From Nemertoderma westbladi (lineage: Eukaryota; Animalia; Xenacoelomorpha), in the NCBI GenBank assembly GCA_032718475.1, contig JAUCBJ010006329.1, positions 1 through 64,000 of the forward strand: a DNA stretch of 64,000 bases. The letters are read 5' to 3'. Positions within the stretch are counted from its first letter, which is position 1, and every line of letters starts with the position of its first letter. A program made the position numbers and the translations under genes. Positions 50,088 through 62,429 of this stretch are shown here, piece after piece. The notes beneath the pieces are model-generated. The model searched no databases and had not been told where the DNA came from. It saw nothing but the letters and a program-made list of their open reading frames with translations.

Positions 50088-52622
50088 ATGGCGAGTAAGC
50101 TGATCAGGAAGAGAAAGGCGGAGTCAGGAGGAAAAGAAATATTGGTGGATTTCACCGAAAGACACCCGGAAGAGAAGACGAGAGGATACTACGAGAGGTT
50201 GGAAAGGGGTCACGCGGCACGAGCGCTGCAGGATCACTTCCGGGAGGCGCACGAACAGCGGTTGGTCGGGACCTACGGGACCCCGTCACTAGACAACGCG
50301 ATCTTCCAACACTTCCACTACGTGGTGAAAGGGGACGAGGCGAAGTTCGGGATTCCGAAGTATCCGAGGGAATCGCCGAGGAAGGACTGGAAAAGATTCA
50401 TAGAGTCCGTCAACAGAGGAGGATATATGATCCTAGATGACGAGGGAACCGTGGAGGACGAAGCGGGTTCAAGGCGAGGAACGGCAGGGTCGGCCAGGAC
50501 CATACTCCTACATTTGGCCGCGCCGAATGGGGACATCTTCTTATTCGATCTAGGGACGTATGGGAAGAAGGACGGGCCGAAATTAGACCGATTGCCGAAA
50601 GCGGTACAAGTCTTAGTAAGAGAGAAGTCGACGACGAAAGTGGGATCGGCGATTCGCGAGGATGCGGAGAGGATCATCGGTCCGGACGCCACCAACCTCC
50701 TGGACATGCAGAAAGTCTTTATGGCTATGACGGCACCGGATGGATTGGGGGTGGTCGAGAACACAGGCCAATGCGGGGCGGTGGCGATGGGCCAATTATT
50801 GGGGCTCGTATGCCACAAACCGATGGATTGGGGGAAGTTTAGGGAAGAATACGGAGCAGAACTAGCGAACTCGCTGAAGTGGGGAGCGAGACCGGGAAAG
50901 CAGGAGGTATATCAGTTTCGCAGAGGAGCGATAAAGGTATATCAGAAGCGATATATCCTGCAGGAGGACTGGATGATGATAAGTTTGCTTAACTTATTCA
51001 TGACCGTAGTTATCGAAAGGGAACCAGGGGCATTTCTGTTATCGGGATCACCCCTAAGCTACAGGAGAGCCTTTAAGACGGCCTTTGACGGTCTGGTAGA
51101 CCACCCGGGGCTGAAGGGCGAGTCGGTGTACTACAACAGCCGACATCTGGTAGACGGGGAGACAGATACACCGTATCAGAGATGGGAGCAGCTAGAGGCG
51201 GACAGACGAGAAGCAAAGCGACTGGAAGAAGTCGCTAGACGGGAGAGGATAGAAGCAGAGGAGAGGGAAGAGGAGGCCAGGGCACAGAGTTACGGCTTCG
51301 AGGAACAGGCGGGCCTAGACGAGCTTCATTGGACTTCGTCAGGGAGTTCGGGGGAGTCTCTAGGACGAGAATTGGGATGGACGGTGGGATCGCCGAAACA
51401 GTCGACGTCGGGGTTGCAAACGATGCCCATACCAGCGGGCGCCGAGGGCGACCAACCGCCAAGGAAGTTAAGGGAGCTAGAGGGATGGAGAGCTACGGGC
51501 GAGAGCCAAGGCGGAAAGGGACATAGTGGATCCATCGGGATACCGGGATTGGAGACACTACCGGAAGAGGAGGACGACGACGACGAGTTCGGAGAGATGC
51601 CGCCCATCGAAAGGATAGGCCACTCGGACACAGACTGGGTTGGCGGAAGGGTGGTGACGGCCAGTGGGGCGAGGGCCTTCTGGAACAGATCCGGCAAGCG
51701 GACCTGGGTGCACGAGGAGCCGGCGATGGATTTCGCGGGGAGCACCATCAGGTTGGGCGAGCAACCGGGGACGGCACCACGGATAGTATTCGGGGAGACG
51801 ATGCCCGAGAGGGGCGGAGAGATCGACGTAAACAGGGAGAGCAACGTGGAGAAGTTCGCCTACCAGCGACTCCATAGACCGCGGAGATCGCTTGGGACGA
51901 AGGACGAGGTGGGACGGGAGACATTGGTACTCGGCTGCGACTACTGTGGGAGACAGACCCATCAGGAAAGCAGCTGCCTATACCGGTTCCAACGGGGAAC
52001 CTTTTGTCTCTACTGTAGAGAACCAAGTCACAGGATGGGGGCGTGTCCACGGTTGCATAACCGATGTCCAAAGTGCCACTTTCGGGGGCACTACGGACGC
52101 GAGTGCGACTGGATGAGCGACGAGGAGAAGTTCACGAGGTTCGAGGAATGGGCCGACGTCGGGGCCATGACGCGCCAGCGCATGAAGGCCCAAGAGTTCA
52201 AGTGGGGTTTCTTCCTCATAAACCAGGAGACCCACATGGAAATCATAAAGCGAAGGTTACCGTTTACCTATCAAGAGGTAGCTACGGCGGCATCGTTCGC
52301 TGGAGTTATGAACACGCAACGGTACCTGGACAGGTGGACACCAGAGAACCGGAGGGAGTTTAGGGATTTCTTGGCGGAACACGTACCAAAGGCAATGAAA
52401 ATGATCCTATGGGACGCCACTCGAGGGAAACAACCAGGCCATTCTGAGGGGCCACCGGCGAAGCGGTATCGGGCTTTAATAACACCAGCGCCCAAGGAGC
52501 CGACGACCGGGATCAGCAAGGAAGTGGCAGCGAAGGTCCGGAAACAGAAAGCGGATGATGCCAGAGGAGCGGTGATAACCAAGAAACGGGCCAGGGAAGA
52601 GGATGTGAGGAGGTACAGATAA
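50088..52622 (+). CDS. Additional retrotransposon ORF: putative DEDDy 3'-5' exonuclease (WRN/Mut-7/EXD-like) plus 3 CCHC zinc knuckles
   Basis: First ATG at 50088 in good Kozak context (GGAATGG); uninterrupted ~845 codons. Motifs in order: ILDDEG (ExoI), LLHLA..GDIFLFDL, LP..V..L....TKVGSAIREDAERI (ExoII), NLLDM, LLG...K, YQKRYILQED (ExoIII-like). Knuckles CDYCGRQTHQESSC, CLYCREPSHRMGAC, CPKCHFRGHYGREC. Confidence 0.78.
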   Translation: MASKLIRKRKAESGGKEILVDFTERHPEEKTRGYYERLERGHAARALQDHFREAHEQRLVGTYGTPSLDNAIFQHFHYVVKGDEAKFGIPKYPRESPRKDWKRFIESVNRGGYMILDDEGTVEDEAGSRRGTAGSARTILLHLAAPNGDIFLFDLGTYGKKDGPKLDRLPKAVQVLVREKSTTKVGSAIREDAERIIGPDATNLLDMQKVFMAMTAPDGLGVVENTGQCGAVAMGQLLGLVCHKPMDWGKFREEYGAELANSLKWGARPGKQEVYQFRRGAIKVYQKRYILQEDWMMISLLNLFMTVVIEREPGAFLLSGSPLSYRRAFKTAFDGLVDHPGLKGESVYYNSRHLVDGETDTPYQRWEQLEADRREAKRLEEVARRERIEAEEREEEARAQSYGFEEQAGLDELHWTSSGSSGESLGRELGWTVGSPKQSTSGLQTMPIPAGAEGDQPPRKLRELEGWRATGESQGGKGHSGSIGIPGLETLPEEEDDDDEFGEMPPIERIGHSDTDWVGGRVVTASGARAFWNRSGKRTWVHEEPAMDFAGSTIRLGEQPGTAPRIVFGETMPERGGEIDVNRESNVEKFAYQRLHRPRRSLGTKDEVGRETLVLGCDYCGRQTHQESSCLYRFQRGTFCLYCREPSHRMGACPRLHNRCPKCHFRGHYGRECDWMSDEEKFTRFEEWADVGAMTRQRMKAQEFKWGFFLINQETHMEIIKRRLPFTYQEVATAASFAGVMNTQRYLDRWTPENRREFRDFLAEHVPKAMKMILWDATRGKQPGHSEGPPAKRYRALITPAPKEPTTGISKEVAAKVRKQKADDARGAVITKKRAREEDVRRYR

Positions 52623-53291
52623 GTTCCCAGAGACGAGGGAATGAGACTGAGACTGGGACGTGGTGCGCCTGGAAGGCGCCGCATGTAACGTACGAACTAT
52701 TAAGTACAAATTTAATTAACGCAAATAATCATATAAGTGCAATTTGTATGTACGTACGTAGTGATTAGCAGTAAAATACATACGTTTGGAGTAAGTACTA
52801 TAGTCATACAACCTTTCTCAATTAGCTACTGGGACTGGGGCATAACTGACTATGGCACTATGGACGAGACAACTGACAATTTCACACTTCTCGAGTGCGA
52901 CGGCACGAGAGGGGGGGGGAGGTTCGTCAGGAGAGATAAAACAGTCGAAGTGAGGTTGAGGGATGGAGTGATAGAGTGGAGTGCAAAGAGAGTGCGGACG
53001 CGATTCTAGAGTGTGGGGGGGGAGAATAAGAGGCTGAGTAAGGGACGAGGAGGTCCGAATGTGAGAGAGTTAGGGTGAGAGTGAAGGTGAGATAGGGCGA
53101 AAGTGTTGGGGAAACAAAAGTCGTGTGAAGAGGTGAGCGCGATCGGCCCGACATGAGACACCAGGCACACAGGGTAGCGTTATCATACCCATAGGGGGCG
53201 GCCTGGAAAGCCGACCCCAAGAGAAAAGAATTCCACCCCACACCCGATACTAGATCGGGATCCAGCGGGATTGTAACGCACTTTTAGGTTG

Positions 53292-53329
53292 ATGCTATCT
53301 TCTTACCGGGAAGATAGCATGGGGGGGAG
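53292..53329 (+). promoter_or_regulatory. Hairpin plus polypurine tract before the 3' LTR
   Basis: ATGCTATCTTC-ttaccgg-GAAGATAGCAT (11-bp perfect stem), then GGGGGGGAG abutting the LTR TG. Confidence 0.85.
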
Positions 53330-53870
53330 TGTTAGCTTATTCAATCCCGCCAACACCCCATAAAGTTGTAAGCCGATAAGCAATATTGGGAGCCACGAGA
53401 TTGGGCAATTAACCAACTCGTGCCATCCCAATAAGAGTGGGAAGGAAGCACACAATAGAGGGTCAGGGGCCAAACCCCCAACCCAGAGGAAATAGGTGGA
53501 GTGAACGGGAATACTCCACGGGGCGCCAACAAGGGTATTAACCAATCAGAGGGGGGAAAGGCATCGATTGAGTAGCAGTAAGGCCACCGTGCAATATAAC
53601 CAGTAACCTATTAATCAGTGATTCAGTTATCTCAGTGCAGCAGTGCTAGCGTAGGTTGGTAATCAATTAGTTTAGTTAGGGGATCACGGGACTTTAGTTA
53701 CCGTATCCCGCCTTGAACACATTATATCTATATCTATATCTTATGCCCTATCATTATTATACACCGAACTTCAGAACTCAGACACTTTATTTCACCCTTA
53801 TACACGGCGGGGACGCGTGGACTAAATTACCACATCGGATAAATCGGGATCCCTCCTGGATCCCGTCACA
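53330..53870 (+). repeat. 3' LTR (541 bp)
   Basis: Direct repeat of 39499-40039, followed by the TSD TTTCG. Confidence 0.96.
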
Positions 53871-56800
53871 TTTCGTTTAAGATTCTCTATCTCGTGGAGT
53901 GGATTAGAAGTGATAAATATGAAAATCGATGTGGTTTTTGAAAAAAATCAGAGGATATTTTGATAAATTATTGCTGAAAAACCCCAAGGATTTTGACATG
54001 GCTTTAATACTCATTATATTCATGAAATAGCTGAGATATTTGAGGTGAATTATTGCATTACATATTAACTTTGGCTCCAGCCGCTTTGGCAATACGATGA
54101 AACTATAATAAAAATTCTAGACCACAACAATATTAACAGGGAGATAGGCTACTTATCTCTTCATTCTGAGAGCCTCAAAAAGGGGGTGTTCTGACGCAAT
54201 CAAAATTCATCCATCTCCTGGGGAAAGACGAAGCAAATAACAGCTGATTACTTCTATAAAGGAAAGTGTTACCTGTTCTTATGACTTTCGTTTAAGATTC
54301 TCTATCTCGTGGAGTGGATTAGAAGTGATAAATATGAAAATCGATGTGGTTTTTGAAAAAAATCAGAGGATATTTTGATATTTTATTGCTGAAAAACCCC
54401 AAGGATTTTGACATGGCTTTAATACTCATTATATTCATGAAATAGCTGAGATATTTGAGGTGAATTATTGCATTACATATTAACTTTGGCTCCAGCCGCT
54501 TTGGCAATACGATGAAACTATAATAAATATTCTAGAACACAACAATATTAACAGGGAGATTGGCTACTTATCTCTCCACTCTGAGAGCCTCAAAAAGGGG
54601 GTGTTCCGACGCAATCAAATTTCATCCATCTCCAGGGGAAAGACGAAGCAAAGAATAGCTGATTTCTTCTATAAATGAAAGTGTTACCTGCTCTTTTGAC
54701 TTTCATTTAAGATTCGCTATCTCATGGAGTGGGTTAGAAGTTATAAATATAAAAATTGATGTGGTTTTTAAAAAAATCAAAGGATATTTTGATAAATTAT
54801 TGCTGAAAAACCCCAAGGATTTTGACAGGGCTTTAATACTTCATTATGTTCATGAAATAGCTGAGATATTTGAGGTGAATTATTGCGTTACATATTAACT
54901 TTGGCTCCAGCCGCTTTGGCAATACGATGAAACTATACTAAATATTCTAGAACACAACAATATTAACATGGAGATAGGCTATTTATCTCTCCACTCAGAC
55001 AGCCACAGATAGGGATGGGTGTTTTGACACAATCAAAATTCATCCATATCCAGGGGAAAGACGAAGCAAATAACAGCTGATTACTTCTATAAATGTAAGT
55101 GTTACCAGTTCTTTTGACTTTCATTTAAGATTCTTTATTTTGTGGAGTGGGTTAGAAGTCATGAATAAGAAAACCGATTTCGTTTTTTGTAAAAAATCTG
55201 AGGATATTTTGATAAATTATTGCTGAAAAACCCCAAGGATTTTGACATGGCTTTAATACTTCATTATGTTCATGAAAAAACTGAGATATTTGAGGTGAAT
55301 TAATGCATTACATAATAACTTTAACTCCAGCCACTTTAGCAATACGATGAAACTATAATAAATATTCTAGAACACAACAATATTAACATGGAGATAGGCT
55401 ATTTATCTCTCCACTCAGACAGCCACAGATAGGGAGGGGTGTTTTGACACAATCAAAATTCAAACATCTCCAGGGGAAGACAAAGCAATTAATATCTGAT
55501 AACTTCTATAAATGTAAGTGTTACCTGTTCTTTAGACTTTCGTTTAAGATTGTCGAACTCTTGGATTGGGTTAGAAGTCATGAATATGATAATCGATGTC
55601 GTTTTTAGTAAAAAATCAGAGGAGATTTTAATAAATTATTGCTGAAAAACACCAAGGATTTTGACAAGGATTTAATACTCATTATATTCATGAAATAGCA
55701 GAGATATTTGAGGTGAATTATTGCATTACATATTAACTTTGGCTCCAGCCGCTTTGGCAATACGATGAAACTATAATAAATATTCTAGAACACAACAATA
55801 TTAACAGGGAGATAGGCTACTCATCTCTTCACTCTGACAGCCTCAAAAAGGGGGTGTTCCGACGCAATCAAAATTAATCCATCTCCAGGGGAAAGACGAA
55901 GCAAAGAATAGCTGATTACTTCTATAAATGTAAGTGTTACCTGTTCTTTAGACTTTCGTTTAAGATTGTCGATCTCTTGGATTGGGTTAGAAGTCATGAA
56001 TATGATAATCGATGTCGTTTTTAGTAAAAAATCAGAGGAGATTTTTATAAATTATTGCTGAAAAACACCAAGGATTTTGACAAGGATTTAATACTCATTA
56101 TATTCATGAAATAGCAGAGATATTTGAGGTGAATTATTGCATTACATATTAACTTTGGCTCCAGCCGCTTTGGCAATACGATGAAACTATAATAAATATT
56201 CTAGAACACAACAATATTAACAGGGAGATAGGCTACTCATCTCTTCACTCTGACAGCCTCAAAAAGAGGGTGTTCCGACGCAATCAAAATTAATCCATCT
56301 CCAGGGGAAAGACGAAGCAAAGAACAGCTGATTACTTCTATAAATGTAAGTGTTACCTGTTCTTTTGACTTTCATTTAAGATTCGCTATCTCATTGAGTG
56401 GGTTAGAAGTTATAAATATAAAAATCGATGTGGTTTTTGAAAAAAATCAAAGGATATTTTGATTAATTATTGCTGAAAAACACCAAGGATTTTGACATGG
56501 CTTTAATACTCATTATGTTCATGAAATAGCTGAGATATTTGAGGTGAATTATTGTATTACATATTAACTTTGGCTCCAGCCGCTTTGGCAATACGATGAA
56601 ACTATAATAAAAATTCTAGACCACAACAATATTAACAGGGAGATATGCTACTTATCTCTTCATTCTGAGAGCCTCAAAAAGGGGGTGTTCCGACGCAATC
56701 AAAATTCATCCATATCCTGGGGAAAGACGAAGCAAATAACAGCTGATTACTTCTATAAATGAAAGTGTTACCTGCTCCTTTGACTTTCATTTAAGATTCT

Positions 56801-56923
56801 TTATCTTTTGCAGTGGGTTAGAAGTCATGATTATGAAAAACGATGTCGTTTTTTTGTAAAAAATCTGAGGAGATTTTGATAAATTATTGCAGAAAAACCC
56901 CAAGGATTATGACATGGCTTTAA
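53871..56923 (+). repeat. ~416-bp satellite, segment 4
   Basis: Resumes in register after the TSD (TTTCGTTTAAGATTCTC). Confidence 0.96.
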
Positions 56924-58475
56924 CCCTATTAAACCCGGGGGGGGGGTCAATATGACCCCTCCCGTGGTTTTTTTATTATAATTCTGAAACAAACGCAGTT
57001 GGGAATCTGAAATTTTATGACTTTTCCTAAAAATCTATTGTCTTCCTAGTAGTGAAAACCGTTTTCAAAAATATTGGGTACTTTTCGAGTTATAGCGCCA
57101 TTTTTTAACCCTACTTTTGGCACTTTTTTTGAGACGTTTTTTGAAAATTACATTTCATTAAATATGAATTGTAACATCTCTATTTTTTATTTACACGGTT
57201 TTTTTGGAGTTAGAAATTTGATGGAATTCATATAAATTGATTTAGAAATTTGAAACTTGTTTTTTTCGGTGGGTGCCAAATTTTGGTGCCAGCACCAAAT
57301 TTTGAAATAAGTCAATTTTGTAAATTGATCGATTGAAACTTGTTTTTTACGCAATTGGGGTTTTTTGGGTTTCTGGATTCGAAGAAATATATACGAGTTG
57401 CACCAAGCGTATCAAACTTGTATTTTTCGGTGCTGTGTGCAAATTTTGGTGCTAGCACGAAATTTTGAAAATCCATTCAATAGATAAAATTGCTTGTGAG
57501 AATTTATTTCTTGCGTTTTAGAGGTTAATGGCTGTTCTGAATTCAATGGAAAATATAATTATCGAACTAGACATCTCAAACTTGTATTTTTCGGATGTGG
57601 GTGCAAAATGTGGTGCTAGCACCAAATTTTGAAAACCATCAAATATATCAATTGATTGTGTCACCTTGTTTCTTGCGTTATACGGGTTTGTGATGGTTCT
57701 GAATTCAATAGAATCAGTAAAAATTTCATAAGAGTTGTCAAACTTGTATTTTTCGCCGGTGGGTGAAAATTGTTGTGCCAGCACCAAATTTTGGAAAATA
57801 TGCAAATTGATAAGTAGATAGTATCACCTTGTTTCTTTCGTTATACGGGTTTATGAGGGTCCTGAATCCGATGGAATCAATAAAAACTGCCCTGGACATC
57901 GCAAACTTGTACTTTTTGGTGATGGGTACGAAATTTGGTGCTAGCACCAAAATTTCCCAAATTACGCCGAAAAATACAAGTAGCAATGATCTAGCATATT
58001 AGAAATGTATTCCATTAGAATCAGCGCCCTCGAAAACCTGAAAATGTGAATTTATAGCATCGTATAAGTGAATTAAAAATTTTGAGTTCTAACTGAAAAG
58101 TGCTGGTTACTTGTTTTTTTCATTTTTTTCCTACGCAGAGAGGACTAAACAGCCATTTATAGTAATCATATCATTTTTTAATATTTTCCAATGTATTTTA
58201 CACCCCAGAAAACCTGTATTGAAAAATAATTAGCCGAAAATGTAACTTTCAAATTTGGTGAAAATTGTGCACTACTTGTAATTTTGGTGCTGCAATATAA
58301 CCACCCCAGTACATTTTTTCGAAAATTTTTTTTTCGGTCGGATCCAGACAAGTGATACCTACGTACAAACAAAAAATCAGACGTTTTCGTAAATATTTGT
58401 AGATTTTAGAGGGGGGGGTCAATATGACCCCCTCCCGGTATTTGTACAACATTTTATAACCCGGTACTAATAGGG
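56924..58475 (-). mobile_element. piggyBac-like MITE family 2, copy B (inverted relative to A), 1552 bp
   Basis: TTAA at 56920-56923 and 58476-58479. Reverse complement of 18289-19843 with scattered substitutions. Empty paralogous site at 6661-6664. Confidence 0.93.
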
Positions 58476-61400
58476 TTAATACTTCATTATGTTCATGAAA
58501 AAACTGAGATATTTGAGGTGAGTTATTGTATTACATATTAACTTCGGCTCCAGCCGCTTTGGTAATACGATTAAACTATAATAAATATTCTAGAACACAA
58601 CAATATTAACAGGGAGATAGGCTACTTATCTCTTCACTCTGAGAGCCTCAAGAACGGGGTGTTCCGACGCAATCAAATTTCATTCATCTCCATGGGAAAG
58701 ACGAAGCAAAGAACAGCTGATTACTTCTATAAATGTAAGTGTTACCTGTTCTTTTGACTTTCATTTAAGATTCGCTATCTCATAGAGTGGGTTAGAAGTT
58801 ATAAATATGAAAATCGTTGTGGTTTTTGAAAAAAATCTGAGGATATTTTGATAAATTATTGCTGAAAAACCCCAAGGATTTTGACATGGCTTTAATACTT
58901 CATTATGTTCATGAAAAAACTGAAATATTTGAGGTGAATTATTGCATTACATAATAACTTTAACTGCAGCCACATTAGCAATACGATGAAACTATAATAA
59001 ATATTCTAGAACACAACAATATTAACAGGGAGATAGGCTACTTATCTCTCCACTCTGAGAGCATCAAAAAGGGGGTGTTCCGACGCAATCAAAATTCATC
59101 CATCTCCAGGGGAAAGACGAAGCAAATAACAGCTGATTACTTCTATAAATGTAAGTGTTACCTGCTCCTTTGACTTTCATTTAAGATTCTTTATCTTTTG
59201 GAGTGGGTTAGAAGTCATGAATATGAAAAACGATGTCGTTTTTTGTAAAAAATCTGAGGATATTTTGATAAATTATTGCTGAAAAACCACAAGGATTTTG
59301 ACATGGCTTTAATACTTCATTATGTTCATGAAAAAACTGAAATATTTGAGGTGAATTATTGCATTACATAATAACTTTAACTGCAGCCACATTAGCAATA
59401 CGATGAAACTATAATAAATATTCTAGAACACAACAATATTAACAGGGAGATAGGCTACTTATCTCTCCACTGTGAGAGCCTCAAAAAGGGGGTGTTCCGA
59501 CGCTATCTAAATTCATCCATCTCCTGGGGAAAGACGAAGCAAAGAACAGCTGATTACTTCTATAAATGAAAGTGTTACCTGCTCCTTTGACTTTCATTTA
59601 AGATTCTTTATCTTTTGGAGTGGGTTAGAAGTCATGAATATGAAAAACGATGTCGTTTTTGTAAAAAATCTGAGGATATTTTGATAAATTATTGCTGAAA
59701 AACACCAAGGATTTTGACATGGCTTTAATACTTCATTATGTTCATGAAAAAACTGAGATATTTGAGGTGAATTATTGCATTACATAATAACTTTAACTCC
59801 AGCCACTTTAGCAATACGATGAAACTATACTAAATATTCTAGAACACAACAATATTAACATGGAGATAGGCTATTTATCTCTCCACTCAGACAGCCACAG
59901 ATAGGGAGGCGTGTTTTGACACAATCAAAATTCAACCATCTCCAGGGGAAGACGAAGCAAATAACAGCTGATAACTTCTATAAATGTAAGTGTTACCTGT
60001 TTTTTGACTTTCGTTTAAGATTCTTTATCTTGTGGACTGGGATAGAAGTCATGAATATGAAAATCGATGTCGTTTTTTGTAAAAAATCGGAGGAGATTTT
60101 GATAAATTATTTTGACATGGCTTTAATACTTCATTATGTTCATGAAAAAACTGAGATATTTGAGGTGAATTCTTGCATTACATAATAACTTTAACTCCAG
60201 CCACTTTAGCAATACGATGAAACTATACTAAATATTCTAGAACACAACAATATTAACAGGGAGATAGGCTACTTATCTCTTCACTCTGAGAGCCTCAAGA
60301 ACGGGGTGTTCCGACGCAATCAAATTTCATTCATCTCCATGGGAAAGACGAAGCAAAGAAGAGCTGATTACTTCTATAAATGTAAGTGTTACCTGTTCTT
60401 TTGACTTTCATTTAAGATTCGCTATCTCATAGAGTGGGTTAGAAGTTATAAATATTAAAATCGTTGTGGTTTTTGAAAAAAATCAAAGGCTATTTTGATT
60501 AATTATTGCTGAAAAACACCAAGGATTTTGACATGGCTTTAATACTTCATTATGTTCATGAAATAGCTGAGATATTTGAGGTGAATTATTGCATTACATA
60601 ATAACTTTAACTGCAGCCACATTAGCAATACGATGATACTATAATAAATATTCTAGAACACAACAATATTAACAGGGAGATATGCTACTTATCTCTCCAC
60701 TCTGAGAGCCTCAAAAAGGGGGTGTTCCGACGTTATCAAAATTCATCCATCTCCTGGGGAAAGACGAAGCAAAGAACAGCTGATTACTTCTATAAATGAA
60801 AGTGTTACCTGCTCCTTTGACTTTCATTTAAGATTCTTTATCTTTTGGAGTGGGTTAGAAGTCATGAATATGAAAAACGATGTCGTTTTTTGTAAAAAAT
60901 CTGAGGATATTTTGATAAATTATTGCTGAAAAACCCCAAGGATTTTGACATGGCTTTAATACTTCATTATGTTCATGAAAAAACTGAGATATTTGAGGTG
61001 AATTATTGCATTACATAATAACTTTAACTCCAGCCACTTTAGCAATACGACGAAACTATAATAAATATTCTAGAACACAACAATATTAACATGGAGATAG
61101 GCTACTTATCTCTCCACTCTGAGAGCCTCAAAAAGGGGGTGTTCCGACGCAATCAAAATTCATCCATCTCCAGGGGAAAGACGAAGCAAAGAATAGCTGA
61201 TTACTTCTATAAATGTAAGTGTTACCTGTTTTTTGACTTTCGTTTAAGATTCTTTATCTTGTGGACTGGGATAGAAGTCATGAATATGAAAATCGATGTC
61301 GTTTTTTGTAAAAAATCGGAGGAGATTTTGATAAATTATTTTGACATGGCTTTAATACTTCATTATGTTCATGAAAAAACTGAGATATTTGAGGTGAATT

Positions 61401-62429
61401 CTTGCATTACATAATAACTTTAACTCCAGCCACTTTAGCAATACGATGAAACTATACTAAATATTCTAGAACACAACAATATTAACAGGGATATAGGCTA
61501 CTTATCTCTTCACTCTGAGAGCCTCAAGAACGGGGTGTTCCGACGCAATCAAATTTCATTCATCTCCATGGGAAAGACGAAGCAAAGAACAGCTGATTAC
61601 TTCTATAAATGTAAGTGTTACCTGTTCTTTTGACTTTCATTTAAGATTCGCTATCTCATAGAGTGGGTTAGAAGTTATAAATATGAAAATCGTTGTGGTT
61701 TTTGAAAAAAATCAAAGGATATTTTGATTAATTATTGCTGAAAAACACCAAGGATTTTGACATGGCTTTAATACTTCATTATGTTCATGAAAAAACTGAG
61801 ATATTTGAGGATTATTAAACTATAATAAATATTCTAGAACACAACAATATTAACAGGGAGATAGGCTACTTATCTCCTTCACTCTGAGAGCCTCAATAAC
61901 GGGGTGTTCCGACGCAATCAAATTTCATTCATCTCCATGGGAAAGACGACGCAAAGAACAGCTGATTACTTCTATAAATGTAAGTGCTACCTGTTCTTTT
62001 GACTTTCATTTAAGATTCGCTATCTCATAGAGTGGGTTAGAAGTTATAAATATGAAAATCGTTGTGGTTTTTGAAAAAAATCAAAGGATATTTTGGTTAA
62101 TTATTGCTGAAAAACACCAAGGATTTTGACATGGCTTTAATACTTCATTATGTTCATGAAATAGCTGAGATATTTGAGGTGAATTATTGCATTACATAAT
62201 AACTTTAACTGCAGCCACATTAGCAATACGATGAAACTATAATAAATATTCTAGAACACAACAATATTAACAGGGAGATAGGCTACTTATCTCTTCATTC
62301 TGAGAGCCTCAAAAAGGGGGTGTTCCGACGCAATCAAAATTCATCCATCTCCTGGGGAAAGACGAAGCAAATAACAGCTGATTTCTTCTATAAATGAAAG
62401 TGTTACCTGCTCTTTTGACTTTCATTTAA
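58476..62429 (+). repeat. ~416-bp satellite, segment 5
   Basis: Same monomers, in a variant order similar to ~6660-8700 and ~24800-27200. Confidence 0.96.

Larger units (their letters stand above)
39499..53870 (+). mobile_element. Full-length BEL/Pao (Belpaoviridae) LTR retrotransposon, 14,372 bp, with an additional ORF
   Basis: Two 541-bp TGT...ACA LTRs; 5-bp TSD TTTCG (39494-39498, 53871-53875). Domain order Gag-PR-RT-RNase H-IN. BEL-type motifs: TPFGW, DIEGMFNQV, FYVDD, FSDAS..AYGA, NPAD.LSRG, GVDMFGP, SDNGTNF. Confidence 0.96.

Noticed and set aside
50088-52622. env gene or a nested second gag
   Set aside because: No evident signal peptide, fusion or transmembrane segment; no nested LTR or TSD; the N-terminal motifs fit an exonuclease rather than a capsid.
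40067-52709. Antisense and alternative-frame ORFs within the retrotransposon (e.g. 41871-42578, 47920-48639)
   Set aside because: Shadows of the long GC/purine-rich sense ORFs and their repeats; no motifs.
18289-58475. MITE2-A and MITE2-B as inverted ends of one 40-kb composite transposon or inversion
   Set aside because: They sit at different monomer positions, each restores its own empty site, and satellite orientation is unchanged throughout.
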